DNA from: Dudresnaya verticillata | Lineage: Eukaryota | NCBI GenBank assembly: GCA_977862235.1 | Contig: OZ374560.1 | Location: 930,001-994,000, forward strand | DNA length: 64,000 nt | Direction of reading: 5' to 3' | Shown: piece by piece, positions 37,544-51,292 of the stretch | Layout of the letters: every line of letters starts with the position of its first letter | Position numbering within the stretch: position 1 is the first letter of the stretch | Notes under the pieces: generated by a model | Told to the model about the DNA's origin: nothing | Database searches by the model: none | The model's input: only the letters and a program-made list of their open reading frames with translations | Program-made: the position numbers and the translations under genes

Positions 37544-39050
37544 CAAGCGCGCTGGTGGTAAACTGGATAGATCACAGATGGTTGCTTCATTGCGAGTACT
37601 GGCGGCTATGGGAACAGTGGACTTTGAATCCGCAAACATGACTACAATACAAGGCTCACCTGGAACGGGGAAGAAGAACGTAATCGCTGCGTTGTGCGTT
37701 TCCGTAATCAACCATAGCAAGTATGATCATCGAAGACCAGATGCAAAAGAGGTGAACAGGCTCGGGTGTCAGCACGGACTACGTCGGTTCGACATGAATC
37801 GAGAAAGGGATGGATTAAGGATTCTTGTATGTCGTGGGTCCAACCAAGCCACAGACAATGTAGTTTGGCGGATAATGAGGGGCCTACCGGATGGAAATGG
37901 GAGACTTATCTTCCCACAAATACTTCGCCTGGCTCGGGTAGACTATGAATTTAAGGACTTGGCCACGTTCCCTGCTCGGGCAAGGGTTCTGCCGTTTGAC
38001 CTCCAGATGTTCGATCCTGATAACCAGGAAAGAATAACCCTGAGGGCGAAGGCCTATTAAAAGTTCGGGAAGGAATCCATAATTGTGGTTGTGACGTTGG
38101 TCTCCAGTTGTGAGCTCAAGAAGCTCAAGGCTGAGTTTAGCGTCATAATTGTAGACGAAGCTGCACAGTATTCTGAGCCGGAGACGGTCTTCGCATTTGT
38201 ATCTGCTACACATAACGCAAGGAATCATCGCCAGAATGTTGTGCTGATCGGATATTACAGGCAGCTCAACACTTTCTCCCCGGCTTCTCATTTCATCGAT
38301 GATAGTCGTGTGGATCGAAAGTGGGCGACAAAGTTCAAGGTTCAAGCGCGCTCGCTCTTCGAACGTTTGGTATCCACAACTGACACCAAGAAGTCCTTGT
38401 TGACTGTTCAGTATCGTATGCATCCGACAATTGTGAAACCTCGGCGACATTTCTACGAGACGGAGATAACTGATGGACTCCCCTATCAGCAATTTGTAGA
38501 AGAGTACAATAAGAAGGAAGGTGGGTTCTCAGCGACCGTCACAATTCTGGACTCTTCAAAGCAAAGGAATAGAACTGAATTCAACGATGGGAAAGGAAGG
38601 ATCAACAACGTATTAGAAGCCGAGGTGGTTGTCGGCTTCATCACTGACCTCTCCAAAAAGTATGGAGAAGGATTCCTGTACGGCAGAATGTCTGTAATAG
38701 CCCTGTATAGGGGTCAGAAGGAAATCCTGGCAGCAAGTTCCGGTCTAGCAGATCCAACAGCGAGCTCATTCTAACCCGTCTTAGGGTGAGTGTAGAAACT
38801 CTTGACTCGATGCAGGGTGGGGAAAACGTCATTGCTATCGTGTCGTGTACGAGGAGCAAGGACGAAGGAAGAGTTTTATTCCTCAAAAGGCGTGAATCGC
38901 CTCAACGTACCCTTGAGCAGGGCTCGAAAGATTCTGGTGATTGTTGGGAATAAGAACACCCTATCTGTCTCTGAGCGGAAGATGTGGTATAGAAGCTGTG
39001 CGCAAAACGACTTCGTGGCCTACGTGAAAATAATCGAAAAATACGACTTC
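37544..39050 (+). pseudogene. DNA2/NAM7 (SEN1/UPF1-like) SF1 helicase pseudogene, helicase core
   Basis: LDRSQ (Q motif), IQGSPGTGK, RILVC..SNQATDN, IIVDEAAQ, VLIG..RQL, SLFERL, LTVQYRMHP, N.LEAE, DSMQG, RLNV.LSRA; stop at 38058-38060 and frameshifts near 38760-38870. Confidence 0.88.
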
Positions 39051-40477
39051 CGAGCCGACTCCGTGAACGCACACGCCAGGATGGCAAACGTATTACAGTG
39101 TGCATACTGTGCGCCCGCCACGATAGCATTCGCACTACAGTGCGCACGCGATACGTAATCGCTGAAACCTCCGGACGAATTCCGAGCTGACTTTGTGATC
39201 GTGCGCGCCACGATGGCAATTCGCATTACAGTGCGCATCCGATACGAGATCTCTGACACGTTCGGGTGTCCCGTCGCTTCCTGCCCGTAACGGCTCCGAG
39301 GCCCACGACGTGCGTGCACCTCCGGATGCATTGCTGGCGCACTTCGTAACCGCCACCATACGTGAGACGGCCGTTCGTTGGCACTGAGGCCGTTACGAAT
39401 CATTCCAGTACGAAACGTCTCCCGTGTTGACGTGTATTCGCGCTCACGTAGTAGTACCTAGCCAGTCGTCTGGCACGTCCTTCGAGGGTTTCCGGTAAGC
39501 GACTAGCGCCCGGACCTCGGAGTCTTCGGTAAACGCCTGTTTCTTCGAGTTCGGTGTCTTCCTGTTCGTGACCGCGGATACGGTCGAGCCTCGCTTTCGA
39601 TAGCCCCGCGCAGCCGGAGTCATCCCCGGTGATCGATCGCTCGAGTTCTCCCTTCCGCGCACGAATACGTTGACACCGTGGTACTTCGTGTCGGTTGCTC
39701 CGCTTTACCACTCTATCACCCCTTTTCCTTTCTTCGTTTTCCCTGAGGCTACGAGGCCACACGTTCGGCTCCAAGGCCATTCCTTACAGTGCGAGACTTC
39801 CCCGCGTCTCCGTGGACATTCTTTATGCCACAGAAGGCATTCAGCGTGTATGAAGCGTTCAGTAAGCGCAAAGACGAGAACGTCATGATTAAGTGCTCAC
39901 GAAAAGCACGGTAAAATCTGAGAACGCTCGGTGAGCCGCGAAACTGAACGGTACCAAGCCCTCGTGTATGATTTGGATTCTACGTACGAAATGTTGCGTT
40001 GTGTCTAATGATGTGCAATGGCAGACACATTAAGATATATAGAGCGAACCTTTTGCTTAGCAAGGGCGCGCGTGGGATAGACTCTGCACTTCAAGAAGAT
40101 TGGAAATCTTTTTTTGGTTCAGGAACGTGTATCTGGTTGGTTCTAGTTTCGATGTACACGCACGTTGGTGGGCATGTCAACATGTCAATAGAACCCACCG
40201 TGGAGATACGCCTACGGCGACGCGAGGAATCGCTTACATGAACTGTGCAGAGTTTTCGTTGGGATTATTTTGCATCCTTTGAGTGGCTGGGTTTCAGTTG
40301 TTCAGTTCTTTGCAGAGAAGTTGGAATGTCAAGTGGGTAACGTTTCCTGTTTTTCAACGCGGATGGGTGTGTGAACAATCAATTAAAAACTTGACTTCGG
40401 AAGAATGAATGCTAGCATTGCATGGACGTTAACAATAGCTGCTGTGGAGACAAAACAGAGCTCTAAGCTATGTAATG

Positions 40478-41375
40478 TGTGGTGCAAACGTCTGTTGACG
40501 AGCTGCAACCCCGCACCGTTCGACATCCGGTGGGTAGCCGCGGATGGCGGGGAAGGGGTGGTAGAGCTGAAAGAAACTCGCCAAAAAGCGGACTATAAAC
40601 GCCCTTGGCGGTAAGGTGAAAACACGAGAAAAACGAAGGGCAAGAGAGAAAGGGAAGGCAAAAGGAAGCACGTCTTGGACGGGGGCTAGACGCGGGAGCC
40701 CGGTAGGTCAGACTCTTGTGCCTCCGGGCTAGCGGGTAGGTACGCGTAGCGCGGGAGGGGTAGTCTGGACCAAGGCCGGCTTTCCGGGATTTACTCAACG
40801 TCCCAGACCGGTTGCCTAATATACTATCGCCATCATGTGGGTGGCGGCGGCGGTGCGTGGCGCGCGGGAACTCGGGACGCGTGTCACATCACCGCGCGTC
40901 TGGCACGTCGTCGTCGTCATGCAGCCGCGTACCCGCGGGTAAGGAGTAGCTTACAGGCGTGCGTGCGTCTAACGGGTCGCTTACAGGCGTGTGCGTGCGT
41001 CGGCAGAGGTGATCCGGATTGGGATCCCGATCCCTTCCAGCATTGCTGGCGCGCGGTCATTACAGGCGCACGCCTTACATTGTAACTGATCCCGATCTGA
41101 TCCCGATGTCCGATCCAGATCCAATCCGGATCTGGGCCATACTTACAGACGCACGCCTTGCACCTCCTGGATCCCGATGGCTGATCTGGATGCGTGCCGC
41201 GCTGGGCGTATCGTGCTTGACCCGCCATGCCCGTGGGCGATTGCGGCGTCCATACGCCGTTGGGCTGACCGTCCGTGACGTGTTCGTGCGCGCCAACAGC
41301 GGTTGGGGCGCCCGTCGGTCGACGGCTTATCACACGCTCAAAGCGCGAAAAGGGGCTTAGCCCCCTTGCACCATA
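40478..41375 (-). mobile_element. Solo LTR, family A
   Basis: Reverse-complement homolog of 2680-3544; TGTGGTGCAA...TTGCACCATA termini; TSD TAATG (40473-40477, 41376-41380). Confidence 0.9.
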
Positions 41376-44300
41376 TAATGCTCGCTCAGACGGTCTAATA
41401 GGATGTACGAAATGGTTGAGATGGTTTGGTGTGATGGTTGCAGAAAGGGTACAGGAAGGTTAGCACGCGCGCCGGTAATATACCGAAGGTGGGAAGTGTT
41501 GTAACTATAGTAACAAGCTTGGAAGTCGACAAAAATGTGAACATGTGGCCCGAACAGGGGCAAGAGCATTCGGGCGATGAATGCACATATGAATCTAGTT
41601 TAATTAGAAGCTGATATTCTAGAATGTAGAGATGTAGATAGCAGACATGATCCAGCTGTCGGCGTTGGAGTAACTGCAGGCGACGGAGCAGACGGAGCAA
41701 GTGCAGGAAACGGAGCAGCCACATCAGCCGCAGGCGAACAGCGACGGAACAACTGCAGATGGAGCAGCTGCAGGTGAACGGAAACGGAATAGAGACAGGC
41801 AACGGAGGAGGCGAAGAACAAGCGGGGAAGAGGGAGGGAGGAGGGCGACCAGAGGAAGAAGCCGTGGGGTTCGTAGTGGTAGAGCGATGGTGTGGTGCAG
41901 AACATGATTGGGTGCGATGCCGGACCGAAAAATGGCGTGAGCTACCTGCTGAACCAAAGCCAACGGGAGCGCATAGCGCTGTCGGCGCCAACTTGTACAA
42001 GGACAATTGAAACGCTGGATGCGCTTTTGTGTATGATAAATATTTTTCTGCCTCCCAATCAAACTGCAAGGTGTCTTTTTGCAGCGGCGAGTGAGAAGAA
42101 GGAGCGATACCCCGTACTTTATTGTAAAGTGTACCGAATCAAGCCATGTGCACTTGGCATTCAATGACTGACCGAGCCATGTGGTCCAGGTAGGCCTGGA
42201 CCGCCTGGTCCGGGAAGGGAAGCGCAGAGAGGCTTACACCGACGACGAGCGCAAACGCGCGGCGTGCGGAGACGTGCTTTCGAGGACAGTTGCGAGGAGC
42301 CGCTCCGTGTCACAGACTGTCACATGCATCACTCATGCCCGACAGAGGGAAGGCTCGGGCCGTCTCGCGATAATGCCCAATTTTTCCAGAGAAAGCGATT
42401 TCGTACACGTCCGTGGCGTTTCTCAAACGTACGATTATTACATGCAAGTTATCCGTTTTGATTCTCGTGTAAACCATCACCATTTGATACCCCTTCGATC
42501 TATTGGTAAAAAGCGTAATCTCATACTCGTTAGTTGGATTACAGCACGCGTGCAGTCTGTCTAGTTGCCCTTACCCCGCCTGCCGCACCTGTCAGCCGCG
42601 GAGCCGCGCTAACATAATGGCACACGCGGCCTGTTCGAAAGAGCACACACACACGCGCTGGACCAAGCTCGAGAGCTGCGGCGGCGCGCGCCTAAACAGC
42701 CTACGATTACTTGCTCCCTGCCCCTCTCCTCTCCAGACAAACACAAACAATCACCGCTCGCCCTGTCTGCCATGGTCTGCGGTGTCCGGTGTGGCGCTGG
42801 CGCATACGCGCTGCGCACGCAGCCCCGCCACGCAGCACGTGATCGGCTGCGACGGTGGGGTGCATAGCGCGGCCCCCGCGGGGCGCGCTGCCGGTGAATT
42901 GCCTTGTTCCGCGAGCAGACTGCGCGGCGGGTTGTTCCCGGCGGTTGCTGTTGCGAACAGCTGCAGTACATGTATTAATGGCTTGTCGTGCAGGCACACA
43001 GCGGTTTCTGCCGTGGCGTCCGTTTCCCCGCGCTCCTCCGCGAGAGCAAACGTATTCAGTCCCAGAGTTTCCCCGCTTTCGTACTCGCCGCTTGGCTGTA
43101 TCTGTCACTCCTGCGGCGAGATACACCAGATATAAGCCGCCAGCGACACACAAACACACCAAAGCTTTATACAACTGGTGCATCAATCTGCAACAGCGAC
43201 ACTGACAAGCGTGTACGGGCGGGCGCGAAACGACAAAAAGATGGTGCGATGCGTCTTTACCAAACTTTTGTTAATCAACACCGGGTGGGCGGCCGAGGCG
43301 GCGGCGGCGTACATCGAACTCAGGCTTCGCTTAATTCACTCGGTATCTGCATGGGACTGTCCGACAGTCTCCCACTAATGACCCACATTCCCTCCCCGTT
43401 CCCCATCCCACTCGCGACGTCATTGCCCACTCGGCGCCAGTGTGGCACAGGCACCCGCACTACAAACATTGAAAATACTAGACAATAGACAGAGCAGTAG
43501 CAGTAGACACCACCTGCATGGAATCATAATCTGGACGGGAGCCTTTAGCGCAGAAGAGCGCACAAGTATATACACTTGGTGGCAAAGCGGCCAAAACGCC
43601 ACGGGCACTGCGACAGGAGACACGATGCGGCCTCGTGCCCAACAAAGGCGTCCGTCAGTATGCGGGGTCAGATGTGTCGCCCGGGCGGCAGGTGATAGAC
43701 TACAGTGCAAGCGCCGTGCGGTGTGCATAGGTGTTATTCGGGGACCACAGTAGAAACGGGGATACTTTCTGCAATTTCGCATGTTCATTTGATCTCCGCA
43801 CCGCGAGTATGACACGACTCCTACCTACTGTATAGACTGCCCACCGCCCAATCACGCGGCTGCCCCGCAGCGCACCGTGTTGCTCATGGCCTCGTACTAG
43901 TCATTCTCGAGCCTTTCGATCGGGAAAGAGGGAAAGGCACAACAGTAATATGTTACTTCCTGTAATGTGTCCTCCACCGTGATCCCTTCCGCGCGCACGC
44001 CCTCCTTCTACAGACACCGTCTCCGTTCTCAAAATCCCGCACTCCAGCAAAACACGTCCCCACAAAACCTCCACACCGCGCCATCCCCGCCGCGTCCCGC
44101 TCCATCGCGTCCAGCTACGCATCCCCGCTACCATCGTCGCTGCCGCAGCTGCGCTTACAGCCTTCACACTCAGCCGCCCGTCTGCCCGGCGCGTCGGCCA
44201 GCGCCGCTCGCGCCATGCCCGCCCCGTCTCACTGCCCCGCGCCGCACACAGATACCTTGCACGCAAGACCTGCGCCGCGCCGCGCAGCCCGTCCGCGCGC

Positions 44301-44478
44301 GCGGGGGCCAGCGCGCCCCAGCGCGAGCTCCCGCGCGGCCAGCCCAGCCCAGCGCATAGCATGCCGAAGCTCGACCGCGCCGCGCCGCGCAGGCCCGTCT
44401 GGCCCGACCGGACGCTGAGGTTGCGCGCGTGGCGAAGGTCATCATCTACTGCGCGCGGGTATGCGTGCATGTATGATA

Positions 44479-44515
44479 TGTGTGCGCGTGTGTGTGTGTG
44501 CGTGCGTGCGTGTGC
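44479..44515. repeat. (TG)n/(TGCG)n microsatellite
   Basis: Read directly. Confidence 0.8.
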
Positions 44516-44833
44516 GGGGGAGCGCTTCGGCGTGGCGCAAGAGAGGCCTCGCCACGCGCGGCGTGGCTTACTGTTCGCCACGCGGCAAACGGGCAGGAAG
44601 CGCTGTCGGTGTGCGAACGAGGCCCGGTACGCGCGGGCACGCGGCGCTTGAACACTTGTGTCTCCGTGCGCTTGGGTCGGTGGGAAGGATCTTCGGGGCC
44701 GATCTCGCCCACTTTTGTTGCGCGCCCGGAGCGGCATCTATAAGCGTGATGGATGGGCCAGCCGCGCGGTGCTATAGCCAAAGTCGCTTTGCTGGGAGTG
44801 GGTGGTGTGGGTGCCGGGTACAGCGTAGTGTGG

Positions 44834-45508
44834 TATAGTGAGATTCGCTGATGGTGACGGTGCGGAATGGATATAGTGCGGCCCGCTGTGGTCACCCGAT
44901 TTTGTGATCTGCCAACGTGTATCCGTGTCGGTTTGGCGTGCATTGCTGTACGTCGGTGTGCATTGCTGTACAGGAGTGAAGCGCACAAACCGTAGCGGAG
45001 TATTTGTAGTATTTAATGTTTAATTTTAGTGAGTATCTGTACAGTGTGTAGAGTAGTGCGCCAGTCAATGAGAATGCTGCGCATGTCCGTATCGGAGATT
45101 GGAACCAGCAGGGCCGATTCCACCACGGGTCCAGACCCTTAGGGTCTGACCCACACGGACCGGACCGCTTGGTGCCACCCTGACCTGTATATCAGGGCGG
45201 CACCGCAGCGGATCCTAGGGTAAACGGGCAGGCAACCCTTGAGCCTCAATCCCATTGTAGCTCTTTCCTTTACGGTCTTCCCCGCGCCGGGACCGTTACG
45301 GTATAGCACCACCACCGTTACGGAGTCCGTCCCGGCACTTATACCACCCCTTGTACGTTGCTTCCCACTATCCGTTACGGTAAGACGCTTGCTGTTTTCC
45401 CTGTCGGTGCGAACTGCTCTACCACCCCGTGGAGGTAGTGACGCTCTCGTCCCGTGAAGGAAAGTAAGGCCAGCCGTCCATTACGAAAGTGCGTCCGTTT
45501 TCACTACA
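44834..45508 (+). mobile_element. Isolated 675-bp LTR related to the Gypsy element's LTRs
   Basis: TATAGTGAGA...TTTCACTACA termini; same length; shares AGAATGC..GCATGTCCG and CCAGACCC..GGGTCTG..CCACACGGACCGGACCGC blocks; flanks do not match (TGTGG vs CTTCA). Confidence 0.75.
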
Positions 45509-46099
45509 CTTCACGCAGGCCCGGTGGCCGCTGTTTTTGGGCTGCAGCTGTCGTGTGCTGTAGCGCATAACGCAAGCGAGGCAGCTGATCGTCATCATCG
45601 GAGCTTCCTGTGCTCCGATCTGGCACCTGCGTCGAGCTGGCGATACTGCAGAGCTGCATCGATCGGTCGGGCGACTTCGTCATGTTCTGTCAAAGTTCAG
45701 CTCGTTCGCGTCGGCGCTTACGGACCGCTGGACTTCGTTTTTAGAAGGCGCACTGCCACGCGTTCGCGTTGCGGTGTGACCGCTTAGTTGCATGCGTTGG
45801 GTGCCAGGTTTTAAACGTCCCGCGATGTACAAAGCTCAACTCTTCCTCCGAAAACTCCACTGCCTCCTCCTCTCCCTCTTCTCGGGAAGGAGCAGGCTAT
45901 TATTTATAAGCCTCATCACTGCTACGTGCTCCGAAACGTTGAAGCCAGGCTATTAACAGATATGCTAAATGGTGAAAGGTTGCTTGCAGAAACGTTATCA
46001 TTACTCTAGAGCAAACGTTGGTTTTGTGCAGCTTAGAGCAAAAGCTTTCATTGAGAGCTTGAAGTCTTCGCGAGTCCGCATCTCTCTATGGACCCCATG

Positions 46100-48520
46100 C
46101 TAGGGCAACTCTGCCAATGCATTAATCCAGAGAGGTACCCAGTTTGCTTCTCACCTTCTTGGTAAGTCTGTTCTTTCGTGTCTTGGTCAGGAAAGCCTCA
46201 ACGTTCGCGGGTACGTCTTCGTGAAGCTCTTTCAGCGACTGCAAGGTCCAATCTATGCGATCCGGCTGTCCGAGTCACTGGACCTTGAAAAAATCCCATC
46301 GTCCGCTTGACCTATGTCAACCAGCTTATCCACCATTTCGAAGTGTGCTTCGACGTGCTCAACTTGCCGAAGTGGTTTCTCTGAGAGAACTGCACCATTT
46401 AGTTTAGTTCTGTATATCATCAATCGGGCGACATGAATAATCTCCACCTTCCATCAACCAGTCCGGTCACCTCATACACAGTATCACCTATGACACGTGA
46501 GATTCTTTTCAGACTAACCCATCTGAACTGTAGCTTGTAGTCTTTGTCCTGTGCAAGGCGAACCAGAACAAAATCTCCAACACTAAAGCAAGGAATGAAT
46601 AAGTTGGTGCGCTTGTTGTGATAGTCCATCTGCTTGCGTCGGGCCTTATCAACACGCTCTGCCACATCCTTATGCATTCCCTCGAGTGCCTCTTGAAGTT
46701 CTCCAATCATGATCACTTGGCTCATCCTTACTTGAGATATCTCCACAGAAGAACTTTTTCCGCCCATAGTCGCTGCTAGCGTTGCACGAGTTGGCCTAAT
46801 CCCGGTCATCACTTCCAAAGGCGTGCGATACGTACCATCTGTCCGCATTCCAAGCCTCTTCAGGGGAGCCTCGTTCAATGCCAAAATCACCATATCGACT
46901 ACCAATGGCCAGTTCTGAGGGCCGAGGTGAAACTCAGACAGGAGTGCGGTAAAGGCAGCACGAACATGCCTGATGTATACTTCTACTGTTCCATTGACCC
47001 ACGGCGAATACGCCACTGTGAATTGGCGATGAACCTTGTGCAATCTGGCTAGTTTTCTCATTACAAAGTTCTTGAAGTGCGACCCCTGGTCGCTAACACA
47101 GTACCCCATGGCCGTGAAACCCGGATCCACCTTGCGATGTTCTTTGCCAGCAAAGAACATCGCAAGGTGGATCCGGGTTTCACGGCCATGGGGTAGCAAA
47201 GTTGCTGCCGTTTCTGCATTCGCAGTGACACATGGGCAGAGCCACAAATAGGTAGAAAGGACATCCCTTATCAAGAGTAAATACTTCAGCCCATTAGTGC
47301 TAATTCCCATATAAATGAATTCAAAGTGTACTACTTCGTTTGGCTTGGTCCCATGGAGCGTTAGCGCAATCGGCCTAGGCACTCGCTGGCCACTTTTGGA
47401 TAGGATACAATATAGGCATACAGAAACAAACTCTCGTACGTACTCCCCCATCGAAACCCAGTATAACTGCTCCTTCAACCGGCTAATTGTGGATTCACAG
47501 CCACGGTGCCCTACACCAAGACAGTGATTTACTAGCAAGAGCTTTATTTGAATCTCCGTATCCGCACTTGGAATCCAAATCCTCTCACCAAGTCTCCAAA
47601 TGCCATTATCCTTCAAACCAAGTAGTAGGACGCCTTTTCCTTATCATTGGCCTGTGAGCTCCTCACCATGTCTATAGTGGGTATATAAATTCCTTCATCA
47701 CGTTGGGTCCTGACCAAGTCTTCTGCCGCGATCAAGCTCAAGATTCGCCTTGCCATCTTACATTTTCCACGATACCCAGCGCACCACCTGGTCATCATGT
47801 CAGCTGCGATATTTCTCTCTCCACGAATGTGTTCTATCGTGTACGTGCATTTTGACGAGAACAGGGCCCAACGTTGTACCTTAGTAACAATATATCTACC
47901 GAGCATCGGGTTAAGAGCTTGGGGTTGTAGACAAATAGAAGGTTGCGGTGGTCAGAGAATAGATGTATGTCATCTTCACATGCCAATATAAAATCCATTC
48001 TCTCAAAAGCATGGAACACTGCATACGCTTCCCTCTCTAACGTACTCCAGTGCTGTTGGGTTTCATTAAATGCCGACCCTAGAAGGGCCAGTGCTTGGTG
48101 ACGACCCAAACAACTCTCATCACACTGCGTCACGACGGCAGCCCAATCCTCGTCAGATGAATCCGTGTAAACACATATAGTCTTGGACTGATCCCAATGA
48201 GCTAGTTTTACAGCTTTCCTAAGTTGTGTTTGCAAACCATCAAATGATTTTGCATGCTCAGGGCCACAGGACATCGATGCAAGCTTAACGCCCTTGATGG
48301 AACGTGAGGTACGCTTACCTGACTTGGCGTATGCTTGTTTCAGCGTCACGAAGGTGTTTCACACGTGCAGCTAAATCTGGAAAATATGTTGACATGCACT
48401 GCAGACAGTTGACGAACTGGGAAAAATCCGCTGCAGTTACTGGATAAAACCCATTCTTCAACCCATTTAGACGCGGAGGATCACACTGCACCCCATGCTC
48501 GTCAATAATGTACCCACATA
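46100..48520 (-). mobile_element. Decayed Gypsy pol 3' part: RT end, RNase H, integrase, chromodomain-like C-terminus
   Basis: VYTDSSD..EREAYAV..SDHRNL, HIRGERNIAADMMTR, GHRG..CLYC, SDQGSHF, YSPWVNGTVE; VDKLVD..VQ*LGQ..WT..ELHEDVP at ~46200-46345. Confidence 0.85.
47102..47195. repeat. Perfect palindrome (46-bp arms, 2-nt spacer)
   Basis: 47102-47147 is the exact reverse complement of 47150-47195. Confidence 0.93.
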
Positions 48521-49662
48521 ATTACAATGGGAAACGGGAGGCGAACCGTACTGCTTAGAGCAGTCATCGTGGGTGGGACGGCTTGTAGAGGCCTAAACGA
48601 GATTGCAGCGGTGGCACCGTTAGAGCCCAAACAAAAGGGGAAACCCCGAAGGCAAACACCGCTGCCCGTTTAGTGCGTGGCCTCTGCTACTCAGGAGCCT
48701 AATAAATACGGTGAGAACGGGAAAGGTACTACCCGCTCAGTTAGAGCTATAATACTAACACTGAACTAATACTGGGGAAATGAAGGTAGACCATGTGCGT
48801 GGTGCATCATTCTGTGTTTCATTCCGAACATTTTTCATAGGCGAACAGAGTTTCCTGCTGTGTACGTTTTAGCTCCGCCGTTTGAATCGTGGATTTATTC
48901 ACTCTTAGTGCATCATTATAAGGGTACCGCCATGTCCCATCGTCAAGCTTAAGGGTATCTTCAGCACTATCGTCATAATCTATATCATACGTATGCTCTT
49001 CATTAACTGCAGCAACTGTACCGGGGTAGAAACGTTCATCAAGAGGCCAGTAAACCTCTATTGAATCACCAACTCCGGGTGGAGTAGATGAGATATCTTC
49101 TTGACCATTCTCGTAATTGTCCGCATCGTAGCTTTCATGAATAAATGGTATAGTATCTGATTCGATATAGTTTTGATTTTCATTAGTTGCATCAATGGAG
49201 TCTTCACCAGTGATGTCTATTGCGTCAATTGCTTCTTGAATTGTGGCAGCGAGAGAATTTTCCGTCATAGCTACTCTGACGCCTTCCCGTGCTGCAGAAA
49301 CTGGCACAAAAACGGAACGTTACTTTCTTATCAGTAACAGTGATGGTACCGGAGGCGTTATCTACAGATATAACAGTGCATGGTGTGGACCACTTGCCTC
49401 TTTTCTCATGCTGATGTTTGACGAAAATCTGAACAATGTCTGTAACATTGATAGGCAGCTCTGTTACTGCCTTGAACCGTAGAATACTCGTTCGCTTGCG
49501 CTTGGCGACGAGTTCGTCGTGAGAATCCATGAGGTATTGAGGGACTCGGACTAGGAATGGACAAGCAGCAATTGGCCGGGTGTAACCTTTAGTCAACTCA
49601 TGCGCAGAACAAACATCGGTTCCGTACAGATCGTTCGAAATGCGCAATGCTTGCTGTATGAG

Positions 49663-50410
49663 TATAGTATAGCTGTGAGCTCACTGTCAGCAGCGACTGT
49701 AATGGGGCGACAGCTGAGCACTGTAATAGTGCGCACGACAACGCCCGCTAGCGAGTCGTATTTGGGCAGCGAGCCCGTTAGTTTTTTCGTTGATTTGAGC
49801 GGCGGTCGATCCGGTCGATCGCCTTACGGTCGGCAGTGGCCGCGCCGTATACGGTGCGCCCCCGTAGCGCTCTCCCGCACAGAGCTGTCGAGAGGGCCGC
49901 TGCCCTTACGTCCTGCTCGCGCCCACGGGTACCCGTGACCTAGACGTTTCGACACGTGCATGCACGCGCGCACGCGCTCCTCCCCTGTTGCTGCCGCAGG
50001 ATCGCATTCGGCGTATGAGTAACCGTAGCTGTACATAGTGTAGAGTATTTAAGGTCGTCTGCCATCGACGGCTCAGTAAACCGGGGAAGCAACGGCTCGC
50101 GCTGAACCTTGCTTTCAGCCTTTCGGGTCCAATCCCTTTCCTCTACGCCAGCGGGTTGTTCTCCTTTTCCCTTGTCTCGCTAGGTTTCTCTCTTCCTTTT
50201 CCTCTCCTTCGGCTTCGTGCAGCCCTTCTACAGGGATTTTGGGATCCGGCCGCTGCCTACCCGCGAACGGTACGCCCCGTGCGCGCTCCGGCCTCGACGC
50301 CGTTGATCGCTACCCGTGGGCGCACGAGGCCGACACTGCTCTACCACACCAAGCTACCCATCAACGGTTCTGTGTAAAGGCTTCGGACCAGTGAGTATCA
50401 GACGTCAGAT
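49663..50410 (+). mobile_element. Family B LTR, duplicate of 18296-19066, 3' end clipped
   Basis: Near-identical to 18296-19048 with the same left flank ATGAG. Confidence 0.88.
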
Positions 50411-51292
50411 CAATGATCAACAAGATATTTTATGCTAGAGCTACAGTATCAGAATCAGATACTAATAAAAATCGCCCTTGGGGTCAGATGAAGAAAGTGA
50501 TCGACAATGTGCACGCTCATGTTTGTGGACACTAGAATTACTCAGAAAGTAAGGTATTGCTCGAGCGAAATGGGTTTTGAGATGATGAGATTCAGAAATA
50601 TCTTCGTCGCCATACAGAGAAATGCACAAACTGTGAAACGACATCAAAACCTACCGCCACTCGCAAAGTCTCTCTAAAGACGATTAGCAGCGAGATCAAT
50701 ACACGCTTCACAGAACCGTCTGAGTTGTGGTCTGTCTGCCAATGTCTATATTTATGGCACTGACGACATTTTGATCGACTTTTAAGGTCCGCAAGTTGCT
50801 GAGAAGTGAGGGTGCGTTTCCCTTTCCCAGGTTCTTTATGAGCGTTGGGGCGAAATGAACTATTTGTAGCGCTTAGAGCGGATAGTGTAGTGTGAGGAGA
50901 GCCTACATCATGAGGTTTTGTCTGCTCACACTGGCACAACATCGAAGCAACAACTTCATAAGAAACTGAATCGAGGAACTGGTCTGTTGTAGCATCGGAA
51001 CCTATTGAACGTTTCGAAGGAGATTCAGCAGCGAGTACAGAGACTCTTTGACTCGAATCTATGGCGGAATTGGCAGGTAACATGAACGCTGTTAACGCAT
51101 CGGGTAACTTTGTACTTGATGAATTGGCATTGACCTTAGATACTTGCGCATCAAAGTGGGACTCAAAGTTCTTAAAACTCTCTATTTAACCACGCTTGGT
51201 ATTGAGAATCGATAAAAATCATGGCAGACCTCAATCACTACTGTGAGAGCGTCATGCCTGTATATTGCCTTAACAACGGTGTCCGAGCCGCC

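Noticed and set aside
39045..39250. Degenerate tandem repeats after the helicase
   Set aside because: Only 2-3 poorly conserved units with no clear function.
42000..44830. ORFs such as 43901-44737, 42503-43135 and 43967-44359 as genes
   Set aside because: GC-rich, low-complexity translations open in several frames with no recognisable domain; a spliced gene or promoter cannot be excluded.
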